The notes under the pieces were generated by a model. The model made no database searches and had not been told where the DNA came from. It worked only from the letters and a program-made list of their open reading frames with translations. The translations under genes were made by a program, and so were the position numbers. A DNA stretch of 64,000 bases from Colwellia polaris (lineage in GTDB: Archaea > Nanohalarchaeota > Nanosalinia > Nanosalinales > Nanosalinaceae), in contig JBLGBK010000003.1 of the NCBI GenBank assembly GCA_047617785.1, positions 15,663-79,662 on the forward strand. The letters run 5' to 3'. This document shows, piece after piece, positions 8,669 to 17,287 of this stretch (its first letter is position 1; each line of letters begins with the position of its first letter).

Positions 8669-8860
8669 CTACTTAGAATCTGTTCTATTGTACAGATGAC
8701 GGTAAAGTAAACCTCCAGACCAGATGATTCCAATTGTTAATGGAATTATGAATTGGACGCTCCCCGATAGACTAACTCTAGAGGTGGTTAAACTTGCTGT
8801 AAGTACTGCAACTACTCCTAGAGCGCTCTCAATAAAAATTTGTCTATTTCTATCGTCCAT
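8669..8860 (-). CDS. small two-TM membrane protein, unknown
   Basis: 63-aa ORF with two hydrophobic segments. It begins 4 nt after the enolase stop on the same strand. Confidence 0.35.
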   Translation of the reverse strand: MDDRNRQIFIESALGVVAVLTASLTTSRVSLSGSVQFIIPLTIGIIWSGGLLYRHLYNRTDSK

Positions 8861-8863
8861 AGA

Positions 8864-9985
8864 TTAGAAGCTGTTCATCTCGGGTTCTTCGATTTTATCC
8901 CATAGCTTGATCAACCTGTTTAACTTAGCGATCCGAATGTCGGCTATACCTGCCTTGATTATTGGGCATTTCCATTCAAGTGCCAGATCTGAAATAGTGT
9001 AATCGCAGGTTTCACCGCTTCTATGGGATATGACTGGCGTGTAATCTTCCTCTTTTGCTAGGTCGACTGTTTTCTTCGCCTGTGTGACCGTTCCGATCTG
9101 GTTGGGTTTCACGATCAACGAGTTGCATGCGCCAGTCTCTATGCCCTCGCGTAGCCGCGTCTTGTTGGTTGTAAACAGGTCGTCGCCGCATATAAGCACG
9201 TCAGGATTTGCTCTAGCAAGCTGTGCATGGTTCCGGAAATCTTCCTGATCGAAGGGGTCTTCTACGTAGATTAATTCAAACTCGTTTATCAGTTTCTGAA
9301 TGAACTTTCTGTGTTCCTCTGGTGTCATAACCTGGTTAACAGAGTCAAGATGGTACTTGCCATCCTCATATAGTTCGCCTGCTGCAACGTCAAGACCTAT
9401 CCGTGCATCATGACGGTCAGCAACCTTCTTCAATACTTTCAGAGTCTGTTCATCATCCATAGACGTGATCAGTGCGCCCTCATCATTCATTCCTTTGATC
9501 TTATGTGAATAGTTATCTTTCAGATCCTGATAGATTGCGGTATTTGTTTTGATGGCTTCCGGAAAGCTTTCTGCGTTTACAGGTAGTACAAGAAATTCCT
9601 GGATGCTTGTATTTCCACCGTGCTCGCCTCCACCAATTATGTTGCTTAGAGGTAGAGGGAACTCTTTTCCGTGATCAAATCCGGATGCGTTCTTGAATGC
9701 GAAGCTTGATGCAATTGCTGTGGCTCCGAGACGTGAGAAATTGTTTGTATCATCTAGTGTCTTCAGTTTATCGTCGAATTCTTTCTGTGTGAGGTCGCTG
9801 CCTTCTAGGTTTTTGATCAAGCTGGTTATTTCGTCTAGGTTTTCTGGTACGAAACATTTGGCTTCGTGTGTTCCTGTGGATGCTCCGGAAGGTGCTTTTC
9901 CGCTGTGGCTGTTTATCTCAGTCTCTACTGTTGGTTTTGTACGCGAATCAATTATCTCCCTGATCTCCAGGTTTCGTATCTTCAT
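8864..9985 (-). CDS. eno: enolase (short form)
   Basis: IDSRTKPTVE near the N-terminus, SHRSGET near the C-terminus, and GAPSGASTGTHEA. 373 aa, somewhat shorter than typical. Confidence 0.85.
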   Translation of the reverse strand: MKIRNLEIREIIDSRTKPTVETEINSHSGKAPSGASTGTHEAKCFVPENLDEITSLIKNLEGSDLTQKEFDDKLKTLDDTNNFSRLGATAIASSFAFKNASGFDHGKEFPLPLSNIIGGGEHGGNTSIQEFLVLPVNAESFPEAIKTNTAIYQDLKDNYSHKIKGMNDEGALITSMDDEQTLKVLKKVADRHDARIGLDVAAGELYEDGKYHLDSVNQVMTPEEHRKFIQKLINEFELIYVEDPFDQEDFRNHAQLARANPDVLICGDDLFTTNKTRLREGIETGACNSLIVKPNQIGTVTQAKKTVDLAKEEDYTPVISHRSGETCDYTISDLALEWKCPIIKAGIADIRIAKLNRLIKLWDKIEEPEMNSF

Positions 9986-10116
9986 ATAATGAAAAACTGT
10001 ATTACCTTGATATTAAGTCTAACCCTTATCTACTAGGAAATAATCAGGTTTGATAGAATAAGCTGTCAGAAAGTAGTTGTAGAAATTAGAAAAAGAGAGG
10101 TGTAAAAGCTGGTTTT

Positions 10117-10281
10117 TCAGCTCTTTACTGTAATCGGTAGCTTGCCTTCATTAAGTTCTTTCTTTGCGATATCAAGAGGCTGTGCTCCGCTGTCATAATC
10201 AACGAATGGTGGAGCGCCCATTGCTATCTGAAGGCTTCTTGCACCGAGGATTCTTGCTTTCTCGTAACGTGTGTAACTCAT
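10117..10281 (-). CDS. rpoK: RNA polymerase subunit K (Rpo6)
   Basis: 54 aa, below the ORF-track cutoff. My translation is MSYTRYEKARILGARSLQIAMGAPPFVDYDSGAQPLDIAKKELNEGKLPITVKS. Confidence 0.85.
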   Translation of the reverse strand: MSYTRYEKARILGARSLQIAMGAPPFVDYDSGAQPLDIAKKELNEGKLPITVKS

Positions 10282-10288
10282 AGTATTT

Positions 10289-11059
10289 TTACCCTATGTA
10301 GCCTAGATCGTTTCCAGACTGTTGCTGGTCTTGGTCCGGGCTCTGCTGATTTTTCATGTTTTGAAGTTTTTTAAGTACTTCCTGTGATTCTTCGACTTTA
10401 TCGTCAAGCTCGCTGTAGTCAAGATCTACATTCATGATGCTTTCGACTACCTTCAGAACTGCTTCTGTACTCTTTGGATCGCTTAGCAGGAAGCCAGGTG
10501 TCTCTCCCAGAAGACAAATTCCAGGAATTTCTTTATCCTGTGCTTGACCAAGTAGTAGGCCTGAAACGCCTACAATCTGATCTACATCATGCTCAAACTG
10601 GATGCCGTTATCTGAATAGTCTTCCTTGAGATCTTCTGTTGTAACTGCTCCAAATACGTCAGGATCTTCTACTACATCTCCTGTACCGTATCCTCCGATG
10701 GTCAGCACTCGAGAGATATCATTTTCTTCCGCGAACTTGATTAGTTTTCGTGCTACTTCGTGATGTCCTTCTGGAGTCTGTGCCTGTGCATTTCCTTCAA
10801 CGAGGATGTAGTCGCCGTTATCGGTGTGTAGCTGGTATATGCTGTTCTTTATTTTTTCAATTGTCTTGTCATCTTTTACTATTGTGTAAGGAGGGAAGTG
10901 GTCGCTCTGCAGTTCTCCAATTTTCTCTGCGTCTAGGTGTTCTGCTAGGTAGCTTACTACGTTTCTTCCGATGTGACCTATTCCTGCTAGGCCTTCTACT
11001 AGTGTAGGGTTTTCGACATCAGGTTGTTTTTCTAGGTTAAGTGTTGTAGTGGTTGTCAT
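10289..11059 (-). CDS. PAC2-family proteasome assembly chaperone-like protein
   Basis: LVEGLAGIGHIGRNV...FPPY pattern. Sits in the conserved position downstream of nop10. Confidence 0.7.
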   Translation of the reverse strand: MTTTTTLNLEKQPDVENPTLVEGLAGIGHIGRNVVSYLAEHLDAEKIGELQSDHFPPYTIVKDDKTIEKIKNSIYQLHTDNGDYILVEGNAQAQTPEGHHEVARKLIKFAEENDISRVLTIGGYGTGDVVEDPDVFGAVTTEDLKEDYSDNGIQFEHDVDQIVGVSGLLLGQAQDKEIPGICLLGETPGFLLSDPKSTEAVLKVVESIMNVDLDYSELDDKVEESQEVLKKLQNMKNQQSPDQDQQQSGNDLGYIG

Positions 11060-11062
11060 TGA

Positions 11063-11203
11063 TTAACTCCTCTTGGTCTTTCTACGGTATTTGCCATAAT
11101 GATCTGGGTAAGAAAATTTAGGCGGTCTGCTTGTCTCTGTCTCTTCACCGCAGTGTTCCTTCTTCATTGTGTACGAATTACATTCCACGCATTTTTTAAT
11201 CAC
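11063..11203 (-). CDS. nop10: H/ACA RNP protein Nop10, GTG start
   Basis: 46 aa, below the ORF-track cutoff. My translation is (M)IKKCVECNSYTMKKEHCGEETETSRPPKFSYPDHYGKYRRKTKRS. An in-frame TGA lies three codons upstream of the GTG, which forces a non-ATG start if the zinc ribbon is included. Confidence 0.8.
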   Translation of the reverse strand: MIKKCVECNSYTMKKEHCGEETETSRPPKFSYPDHYGKYRRKTKRS

Positions 11204-11263
11204 GGGTGGGTTTCACGCTCCTAGAGGGGTAAAAAATGCACTCGGCGATTCTAATCAAGTCCA

Positions 11264-12022
11264 TTATGCGCGTGAGAACTCGAATTTGCCGTCAAGTTCC
11301 TGGGTTTTTTCTCTGACTTGTTCGATTGTTTTGTCCATTTTCTCCTTTGCTAATTCTTTGGTTCGTCCCCAAGTTGTGATAGCGTAGTTTGGTGCTGATA
11401 CGTACTTTATCTCAACTCCGTCCATATCGTTTACAAGTGCTTCCTGAATTCTTTCTAGCCCGTTACCTTGGTAGAAATTAAGCTCTACTTCTCCTTCAAG
11501 CTTCTCTTTCTTCAGGTCGATGTTGTTCTCTGCTACCTTCTGGATGGCGTCTACAACTTCTTCATCAAATAAATCTTCCAGTTGGTCTTCTTTTCCTACT
11601 GATATTTCGAATCCGTGGAAGCTGGATCCAAACTCTTCCTGCATAGGGAATGCGATTTCTTCAATAGCTTCCTCTAGATCCATGCCCAGTTCTTCAGCTA
11701 CTTCTTCAATAAATTCTTCCGCTTTCTGTTCCTTGTTCCATCGGCTCATTGCCTCTCGCTTCTGTTTATCGTTTACGCGTTTGATTGAGAGGCTGATATT
11801 ATTCTCGTCTTCTGCTTCAACTACTTGTGCTACTGTTTTCTCTCCTTCGCTTAGTTCTTTGTTTATGTCCTGTACCCAGGATCTAGAAACTTCAGAAATA
11901 TGGATTAAACCGCTTAGATCCTCATATTCGTCCAGTTCTGCATATGCTGAGTTCTGGTCGATGTCTGTAAGGGTTATTACAACGAAATCTCCTTCATCCG
12001 GTATGTCTTTGTACCATTTCAT
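11264..12022 (-). CDS. eif2a: translation initiation factor aIF2 alpha subunit
   Basis: The N-terminal S1 domain reads GDFVVITLTDIDQNSAYAELDEYEDLSGLIHISEVSRSWV. Conserved neighbourhood with S27e and L44e. Confidence 0.9.
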   Translation of the reverse strand: MKWYKDIPDEGDFVVITLTDIDQNSAYAELDEYEDLSGLIHISEVSRSWVQDINKELSEGEKTVAQVVEAEDENNISLSIKRVNDKQKREAMSRWNKEQKAEEFIEEVAEELGMDLEEAIEEIAFPMQEEFGSSFHGFEISVGKEDQLEDLFDEEVVDAIQKVAENNIDLKKEKLEGEVELNFYQGNGLERIQEALVNDMDGVEIKYVSAPNYAITTWGRTKELAKEKMDKTIEQVREKTQELDGKFEFSRA

Positions 12023-12074
12023 ATTCTTAGCTTTACCTCGATAAAAAATAGGGATTTATGTGTTTTTTAACCCG

Positions 12075-12248
12075 TTATTCCGGACTCAGTGTCTCCACTA
12101 CGTTACCGTTGAGTTCAGGCTTTCCGCCCTTTGGGTCTGCGATGACTGTGCTGCATACCAGGCATTGTACTTCAGATGCTGCTCTTGAGAAGATTGTCTG
12201 CTGGTTGCCGCATTCTTCGCATTCTACTCTTAGAAAGTCTTGTGCCAT
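12075..12248 (-). CDS. rps27e: ribosomal protein S27e (eS27)
   Basis: 57 aa, below the ORF-track cutoff. My translation is MAQDFLRVECEECGNQQTIFSRAASEVQCLVCSTVIADPKGGKPELNGNVVETLSPE (C-x2-C...C-x2-C). Confidence 0.85.
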   Translation of the reverse strand: MAQDFLRVECEECGNQQTIFSRAASEVQCLVCSTVIADPKGGKPELNGNVVETLSPE

Positions 12249-12256
12249 TACTTAAT

Positions 12257-12559
12257 TCACCTCTCAATCTCGAACTTTGCTGCTCTAATAGCATTCTTAG
12301 GTTTGTTTGACTTTCCGCATTCCTGACACTGGAACTGAAGATCTCTCTTCTTGGATGTCGGGTTCTTTCCTCCACGGCTTCTGATTGCCGGATTCTCGTA
12401 TGGGAACGAACCGTATCCGTGGTCAATCTTTCGTTGTCTCTTCCGGAACTTCTTTCTCATCTTTCCGTCAGGTCTTCCAGTTACTTCTTTCACTGTTTGA
12501 GTTGTATGTTGGTCACAGTGAGGGCAGTACCTTTTCTGCTCTTTTGGAATCTTAACCAT
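12257..12559 (-). CDS. rpl44e: ribosomal protein L44e (eL42)
   Basis: MVKIPKEQKRYCPHCDQHTTQTV...QFQCQECGK. I prefer the MVKIPK start over the track's MSCM start at 12568. Confidence 0.9.
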   Translation of the reverse strand: MVKIPKEQKRYCPHCDQHTTQTVKEVTGRPDGKMRKKFRKRQRKIDHGYGSFPYENPAIRSRGGKNPTSKKRDLQFQCQECGKSNKPKNAIRAAKFEIER

Positions 12560-12591
12560 ACAAGACAAGTATAGAATAAAACTTTAAAAGG

Positions 12592-13233
12592 TCACTTATT
12601 CGAGGGTTCGATTTCTGTGCCTTCAGCCTGTTCAGGGTCAACAATATTCTCGTTAGTCGCGTAGAAAACTTTGGTCGAGATATTTGATCTCTCAATCAGC
12701 CGGATCGCAGCCTCATCTACAACCGAGTAAGTTCCTGGCTCATTTCGTCCTCCAGCCAGTTCAAGAAGTTTGTCCGTAGTGATGGAATCAAACTTCTTAG
12801 CGCTGTCGTCCTTCTCTGGATCAGCTGAGTAGATGCCATCAACGCGTGTAGCGATATACAGTTCGGCATCAAGAAGCTCCGCTACTGTTGCAGCAACAGC
12901 ATCGGTCGAATAACCGGGCACAAGTCCGCCGGTTACAACATTTTTTCCTGTCGAAGCTGCTTTCTGAACTTCTTCAGGTTTCTCAGGAACTTCAGGGTAG
13001 GTGTTGTCTATCTCGGTGATAAGTGTCTGTGCATGTAGACGTGTGGCTTTGATCCCGATAAGATCTTTTTCCCCTTTATTACCTTCTACAGCTTTCTGAT
13101 ATTTGCTTAGTCCTCCTGCGCCGGTTACAACTACTATCTGTTCGCTGTTCTGGTTGATTGATTCGGCAAATTCTCCGATTTCGTCTAGTTTGTTTCTGAT
13201 TATTGATCCGCTGACTGCAAATACTTTTGTCAT
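12592..13233 (-). CDS. pyrH: uridylate kinase, archaeal type
   Basis: Amino-acid-kinase fold motifs: VVVTGAGG, GGLVPGYSTDAVAATVAELL, ATRVDGIYSADP. Confidence 0.8.
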   Translation of the reverse strand: MTKVFAVSGSIIRNKLDEIGEFAESINQNSEQIVVVTGAGGLSKYQKAVEGNKGEKDLIGIKATRLHAQTLITEIDNTYPEVPEKPEEVQKAASTGKNVVTGGLVPGYSTDAVAATVAELLDAELYIATRVDGIYSADPEKDDSAKKFDSITTDKLLELAGGRNEPGTYSVVDEAAIRLIERSNISTKVFYATNENIVDPEQAEGTEIEPSNK

Positions 13234-13901
13234 TCTACTACCTCTGCGTTTCCACGGTTTACAAGTATTTCGGCGTTCTCCTCGGGTATCGCTGCTTTCT
13301 CGCCTTCATCAAATGGTCCATATGGTTCTAAGTCTGTGCCCATGAATTCTGGGACCTCAGAAGTTATCTTTACTTTCTCATAACCGTCTTCTACTTCCTC
13401 TTCTGAAGTTTTCTCTTCTTCCTCTTTCTCTGTCTCATTTTCTATTCTCTCAGGTTCTCCGCTTGGTTCGGCTATTTCTTCCTCTGAGCTGCTTTCCGTA
13501 TTCGTTTCTTCAGCAGTGGTTGTTTCTTGTACTTCTGTATCAACTTTCTGGACGGATGTTGTGTCTATACGGTCTTCTATGCGTCCTCTGTGCTGTTTGA
13601 ACTCTTTCTTTATCTCGCGGAAAAGTTCTTGTTCGCTTGGTAGAAGATTGAGATTGCCTGCGTTCAGATCTGTTTTTACTGCGATCTGTGCTTGTCTGTA
13701 TATTTTTTTCTCTCTGAGAGATATTATTTTGTCGAATACACGTTTGGCGTTATTGTATTCTCTTTGTTCGCCTAGTTCTTCTTTGTTAGAAAGGTATTCG
13801 GATACTTGTCGGAAGAAGTTATCATCCAGTTCGGTTAGTTCTTCCTGGCGTTTCTCGGATTTCTGTACTTTCCGGAGTTCGCTGAATGTCAGTGGATCCA
13901 T
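13230..13901 (-). CDS. GINS subunit, Gins51 (Gins15) type
   Basis: N-terminal helical A-domain (LTFSELRKVQKSEK...FDKIISLREKKI). C-terminal B-domain VPEFMGTDLEPYGPFDEGEKAAIPEENAEILVNRGNAEV. Adjacent to the primase. Confidence 0.7.
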   Translation of the reverse strand: MDPLTFSELRKVQKSEKRQEELTELDDNFFRQVSEYLSNKEELGEQREYNNAKRVFDKIISLREKKIYRQAQIAVKTDLNAGNLNLLPSEQELFREIKKEFKQHRGRIEDRIDTTSVQKVDTEVQETTTAEETNTESSSEEEIAEPSGEPERIENETEKEEEEKTSEEEVEDGYEKVKITSEVPEFMGTDLEPYGPFDEGEKAAIPEENAEILVNRGNAEVVE

Positions 13902-13938
13902 TTTCTATAGAAATAGTCACAGTGTAAACTTTTTTACC

Positions 13939-15336
13939 TTACTCAATCTTCCGAACTTTCTTATCCTCGTCATTATTACAGCTACGAACATGTTTCTTAT
14001 ACCACTGATTCTCATCGGAATACTCTTTACCGCAATAAGGACACTGAACACTGTTATCGCTGCCTTTATCGCTATTTGAGTCATCTCCGCCGCGATTGGC
14101 TTTCCGGAATGCGTAGCTTACAGGGTTGGGAACTTTTTCCTCAAGGTTGTCGCCTTCGTATACTTGCATATCTTTGTAGTAACCTTTGGAATCATAGTTT
14201 GGAGGTGGAACTGTTTCACCACGCTTCTTATGCCAGTTTAACTGTCCTTTCACGTAGCTTTCACGTAGCTCTTCCTTATTCTCTTCGTTCCATTTCCATA
14301 TTTTGGATTCGACCTCTTCCCAGGAGTAACCTATTGTTCGGAAGAAGTTGATCAGTATGAATAATGCGCGTTTCCTACCATCTTCTAAACCTTCAAGTAT
14401 ATTGTTTATTGTCGGAGGGAAGTATTTTTCAGGAATGGCCTCTTCAGGTCGGTCAAAGTCCTTCTCCTCATTCTTAATCCGTTTTTCATGCTTTTCTTGC
14501 CGTCTTTCCTCTATAAAGTCTAAGGCTTGGACAACTAGGTTCCGTGCTTCGTCTTCCTCATAGCTGTCGAGGAATCCTGATTCGAAGTCGATGTTATCGA
14601 TTTTTGCGTCTTCCTTTTCGAAATTTGGTATTTCTTCGATCTTGATTGGTTTGGATACTAACCAGCTCTTATCGTTGATAGAATAAGGCATTCTGAAGAG
14701 ATGTCTTTGTCCCCAATCGTTCTCCACGTCAGCTACTTGGAAGGGGTCAACGCCGTCGTCAGTCTGTATTTCTTCTTCAAATCCGTACTCCTTTACGAGC
14801 TTTTCTACCTCGTCTCGTATGTTTTCGCGTATGTAGTCGATTATTCCTCGTGGAAGTTCCGGATAGTGGTCGGCTAGTTCTGTTTCCTCTGCTTCTTCAG
14901 GAAAGGCCTCCTGTCTTACGCCGATGTGGAAGCCTCGATTTCCTGAGAATTTTACTGAGATATGGTCTATGCCGTGATGCTGTATTTCCTGTATTACGAG
15001 CTGTGCTACTTCCTTGGATAGTTCAAAGCTGTGATCGCAGTCGATATCGATTACTAGGTCCCAGCCGGTTCTGAGGTCGTTCAGGTTGCTGACTTTATCG
15101 ATTAGAAGAGGGTTTCTCCAGTGTTCAACTGATGCATGGAATGCTATTGCACCATCTTCAACAAGCTGTGTGAAGTCGCCTGGAAAGTTGATTGCATCAG
15201 GGCGTTTTCCGTAACCCTGCGGGTATGTAGGAGCAATTTCTCGGTACTGGCAGAGTTCTACTATCTTTTCTACAAGCTCTTCCTGCTGGTAGTACTGCCT
15301 TATTTTCCAGTCTTGTGGTTTCTCCTGTTCCCCCAT
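13939..15336 (-). CDS. priS: DNA primase: PriS catalytic core fused to a PriL-CTD-like helical module and a C-terminal CCHC zinc knuckle
   Basis: DLVIDIDCDH (DxD) and FSGNRGFHIGV in aa 1-260. YFPPTINNILEGLEDGRKRALFILINFFRTIGYS in aa ~305-337. CPYCGKEYSDENQWYKKHVRSC in aa 432-453. Confidence 0.85.
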   Translation of the reverse strand: MGEQEKPQDWKIRQYYQQEELVEKIVELCQYREIAPTYPQGYGKRPDAINFPGDFTQLVEDGAIAFHASVEHWRNPLLIDKVSNLNDLRTGWDLVIDIDCDHSFELSKEVAQLVIQEIQHHGIDHISVKFSGNRGFHIGVRQEAFPEEAEETELADHYPELPRGIIDYIRENIRDEVEKLVKEYGFEEEIQTDDGVDPFQVADVENDWGQRHLFRMPYSINDKSWLVSKPIKIEEIPNFEKEDAKIDNIDFESGFLDSYEEDEARNLVVQALDFIEERRQEKHEKRIKNEEKDFDRPEEAIPEKYFPPTINNILEGLEDGRKRALFILINFFRTIGYSWEEVESKIWKWNEENKEELRESYVKGQLNWHKKRGETVPPPNYDSKGYYKDMQVYEGDNLEEKVPNPVSYAFRKANRGGDDSNSDKGSDNSVQCPYCGKEYSDENQWYKKHVRSCNNDEDKKVRKIE

Positions 15337-15468
15337 CTGTTTAATTCACTTTAATTTGTGAAAAGGTAAAAAGCCGTTTGATACACTTGGTTTTTTCTGC
15401 TGCACGTATTGGCCGCTGATGCCGTAGAAAGCAGTAAATTAAAGGTAAAGAAAGGTTGAGAAGGAAGT

Positions 15469-16230
15469 TTAATCTTCCTCGATTCTTGGTGCGAGAACAA
15501 AGCTTAGATTGGCTTCGTCAGGGATAACGAATTCAAGTCGCATTGGGAAGTCCTGTCCTAGTTTCATTGTTACCTGTTTGGACAGTTTCTTTCCACCAAT
15601 CATCTTGGATAGGTAGTCTAGGCTGAACATGGATTTGGCTTCTCCGCCTTCTAGTTCAAGTACTCCTGGTGAGTCGCCGGTGATTGTGAATGATGCGTCG
15701 CTCTGATCGCCTTCTGCGCTGATGTTGATTTTTTCGTCGTCTGCGGTTACTGTTACAGAGTCGGATACAACCATTGCGTCCTTGATGGCGCTTTCAAGCA
15801 CTGATGTTTCCAGTTCTGCTTCGACTGTGAAGTCAAGTTGGTCTGTGCTTGGGATGTCGTCTTCGGAAAGGTTTAGTATTGGTAGTGAGAAGTTTCGTGT
15901 GGAAGAGCTTTCCATTGTGATGTGGAACTTTGAGTTTTCTTCATCAAGTTCGAAGGTTAGTGTGTCGTCGCTGTTTGCTCTTCTGAGGATTGAGTAGAAG
16001 TTTTCTAGGTTTAGCCCGACTTTGGTTTCTTCGTCAAGTTCGTAGCTGTCGAATACGTCTTTTTCTATTTTGAAGTCGACTAGTCCGACCATTGCTGGAT
16101 CTGCTGCGACTAGTTTGATTCCGTCTTCCTGCAGCTGGAAAAGTCCTTCGCTGATCAGGTCGGATACGGTTTTCATGGAGTCTTTGATGAGGCTTACTTC
16201 TTCTATTTCTGCTTTGAACACTGAAAACAC
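15469..16230 (-). CDS. pcn: PCNA sliding clamp
   Basis: 253 aa. MFSVFKAEIEEVSLIKDSMKTVSDLISEGLFQLQEDGIKLVAADPAMVGLVDF is typical of archaeal PCNA. It ends with LAPRIEED. Confidence 0.9.
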   Translation of the reverse strand: MFSVFKAEIEEVSLIKDSMKTVSDLISEGLFQLQEDGIKLVAADPAMVGLVDFKIEKDVFDSYELDEETKVGLNLENFYSILRRANSDDTLTFELDEENSKFHITMESSSTRNFSLPILNLSEDDIPSTDQLDFTVEAELETSVLESAIKDAMVVSDSVTVTADDEKINISAEGDQSDASFTITGDSPGVLELEGGEAKSMFSLDYLSKMIGGKKLSKQVTMKLGQDFPMRLEFVIPDEANLSFVLAPRIEED

Positions 16231-16236
16231 CTATTG

Positions 16237-16569
16237 TTATTGAGTAGTGTTAACAACTTTTTTAACTTTGTTGTGGAGTTCGGAGTCGATGCTAGAGAAG
16301 TCCTGCACGATCTCTCCCTGTACTTCAAAGCTGTCAGGAGTTGGCAATACTCTACCAAGAACGCGGATCCGATCCTGTTCCTCAACATCATCAAGTAGGT
16401 CTTCTTCTAGGAATACTTCTGTGCTTCCTGTTCCGTCGTCAAGTGTTAGTGAGTCTTCGGATTTGGAAAGTACTGTACCTACTATTCTTACACGGATATC
16501 GGACTCAGGTGATATATCTTCGATGTCCCGTGGTTCGGCTGCAGCTCTTCTCTGTCTTTCTTCTGGCAT
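16237..16569 (-). CDS. small OB-fold-like protein (putative nucleic-acid binding), unknown role
   Basis: 110 aa. VRIVGTVLSKSEDSLTLDDGTGSTEVFL...RIRVLGRV resembles tRNA_anti/RPA-type OB folds. It ends 6 nt upstream of the PCNA start. Confidence 0.45.
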   Translation of the reverse strand: MPEERQRRAAAEPRDIEDISPESDIRVRIVGTVLSKSEDSLTLDDGTGSTEVFLEEDLLDDVEEQDRIRVLGRVLPTPDSFEVQGEIVQDFSSIDSELHNKVKKVVNTTQ

Positions 16570-16653
16570 ACTCAGAAAAACTCATCTAAATGTTTTAACT
16601 CTTCCCCGGATTTTCCGAAGTTTCAAATACCACCAGCTAGAAACTTTACCTAA

Positions 16654-17247
16654 ATGGATCTAACTGGAAAGAAAGCAGAACAGGCAGCAGAAGGCGTGCA
16701 AAATATTTCGCAGCGCCTGGAGCAGCTGGAATCTCATCTGAACGCTGTAGACGATGCGGTGCAAGACAACCAGAATAAGATCCAGAATATTTCTGCTATA
16801 GAGGATAAAGTTGAGAATCTCAGGTCACAACTAGGAAGCTACTTCACAAATTATCATAACAGAATCAACACTTTAGAAGACGCCAAAGATTCTATGCAGC
16901 AGGATGTTGACAGTAACTCCGATCGCCTATCCGGTCTCGAGCAGATGAATATTAAGCTTGAAGATAGACTGGATGAGATTGAAGATAAAGTTAAACGGAA
17001 TGAAGAGAGTTTAGAAGATCTTAAAACTAAAGTCGATGGTTTGAAAGAAGACATAGATAATCTAGATGCTAGAAGCGAACAGGAAGGGGTATCTGAATTC
17101 AAGGAGCAACTTGGCCAAAAACTTGACCGCACAAGGTTTACTAATCGTCAGAGAGCAGTTAATCACGAGATCAACAAATTAAGAACCTCTATAAATGCAT
17201 TAGCGGATAGTATAGATGAAAATGATAAAATAGAGGTTGATGAATAA
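16654..17247 (+). CDS. acidic coiled-coil protein, unknown
   Basis: 197 aa, heptad-like almost throughout (LEQLESHLNAVDDAVQDNQNKIQNISAIEDKVENLRSQL...). Divergent from the OB-fold/PCNA operon. Confidence 0.5.
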   Translation: MDLTGKKAEQAAEGVQNISQRLEQLESHLNAVDDAVQDNQNKIQNISAIEDKVENLRSQLGSYFTNYHNRINTLEDAKDSMQQDVDSNSDRLSGLEQMNIKLEDRLDEIEDKVKRNEESLEDLKTKVDGLKEDIDNLDARSEQEGVSEFKEQLGQKLDRTRFTNRQRAVNHEINKLRTSINALADSIDENDKIEVDE

Positions 17248-17287
17248 CCTCTAACATGTTTCTAAGTATAGTAGGCTCTATATTAGC

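Noticed and set aside
11520-12044. Long antisense ORFs opposite real genes. Examples are 11520-12044 (174 aa), 13516-14079 (187 aa), 4114-4575, 1346-1834, 35463-35846, 47690-48028 and 58064-58608.
   Set aside because: Their translations are Ser/Phe/Leu/Cys-rich with no motifs. That composition is what you get from reading the reverse complement of GAA/GAT-rich acidic genes. Each lies fully inside a confidently identified gene on the other strand.
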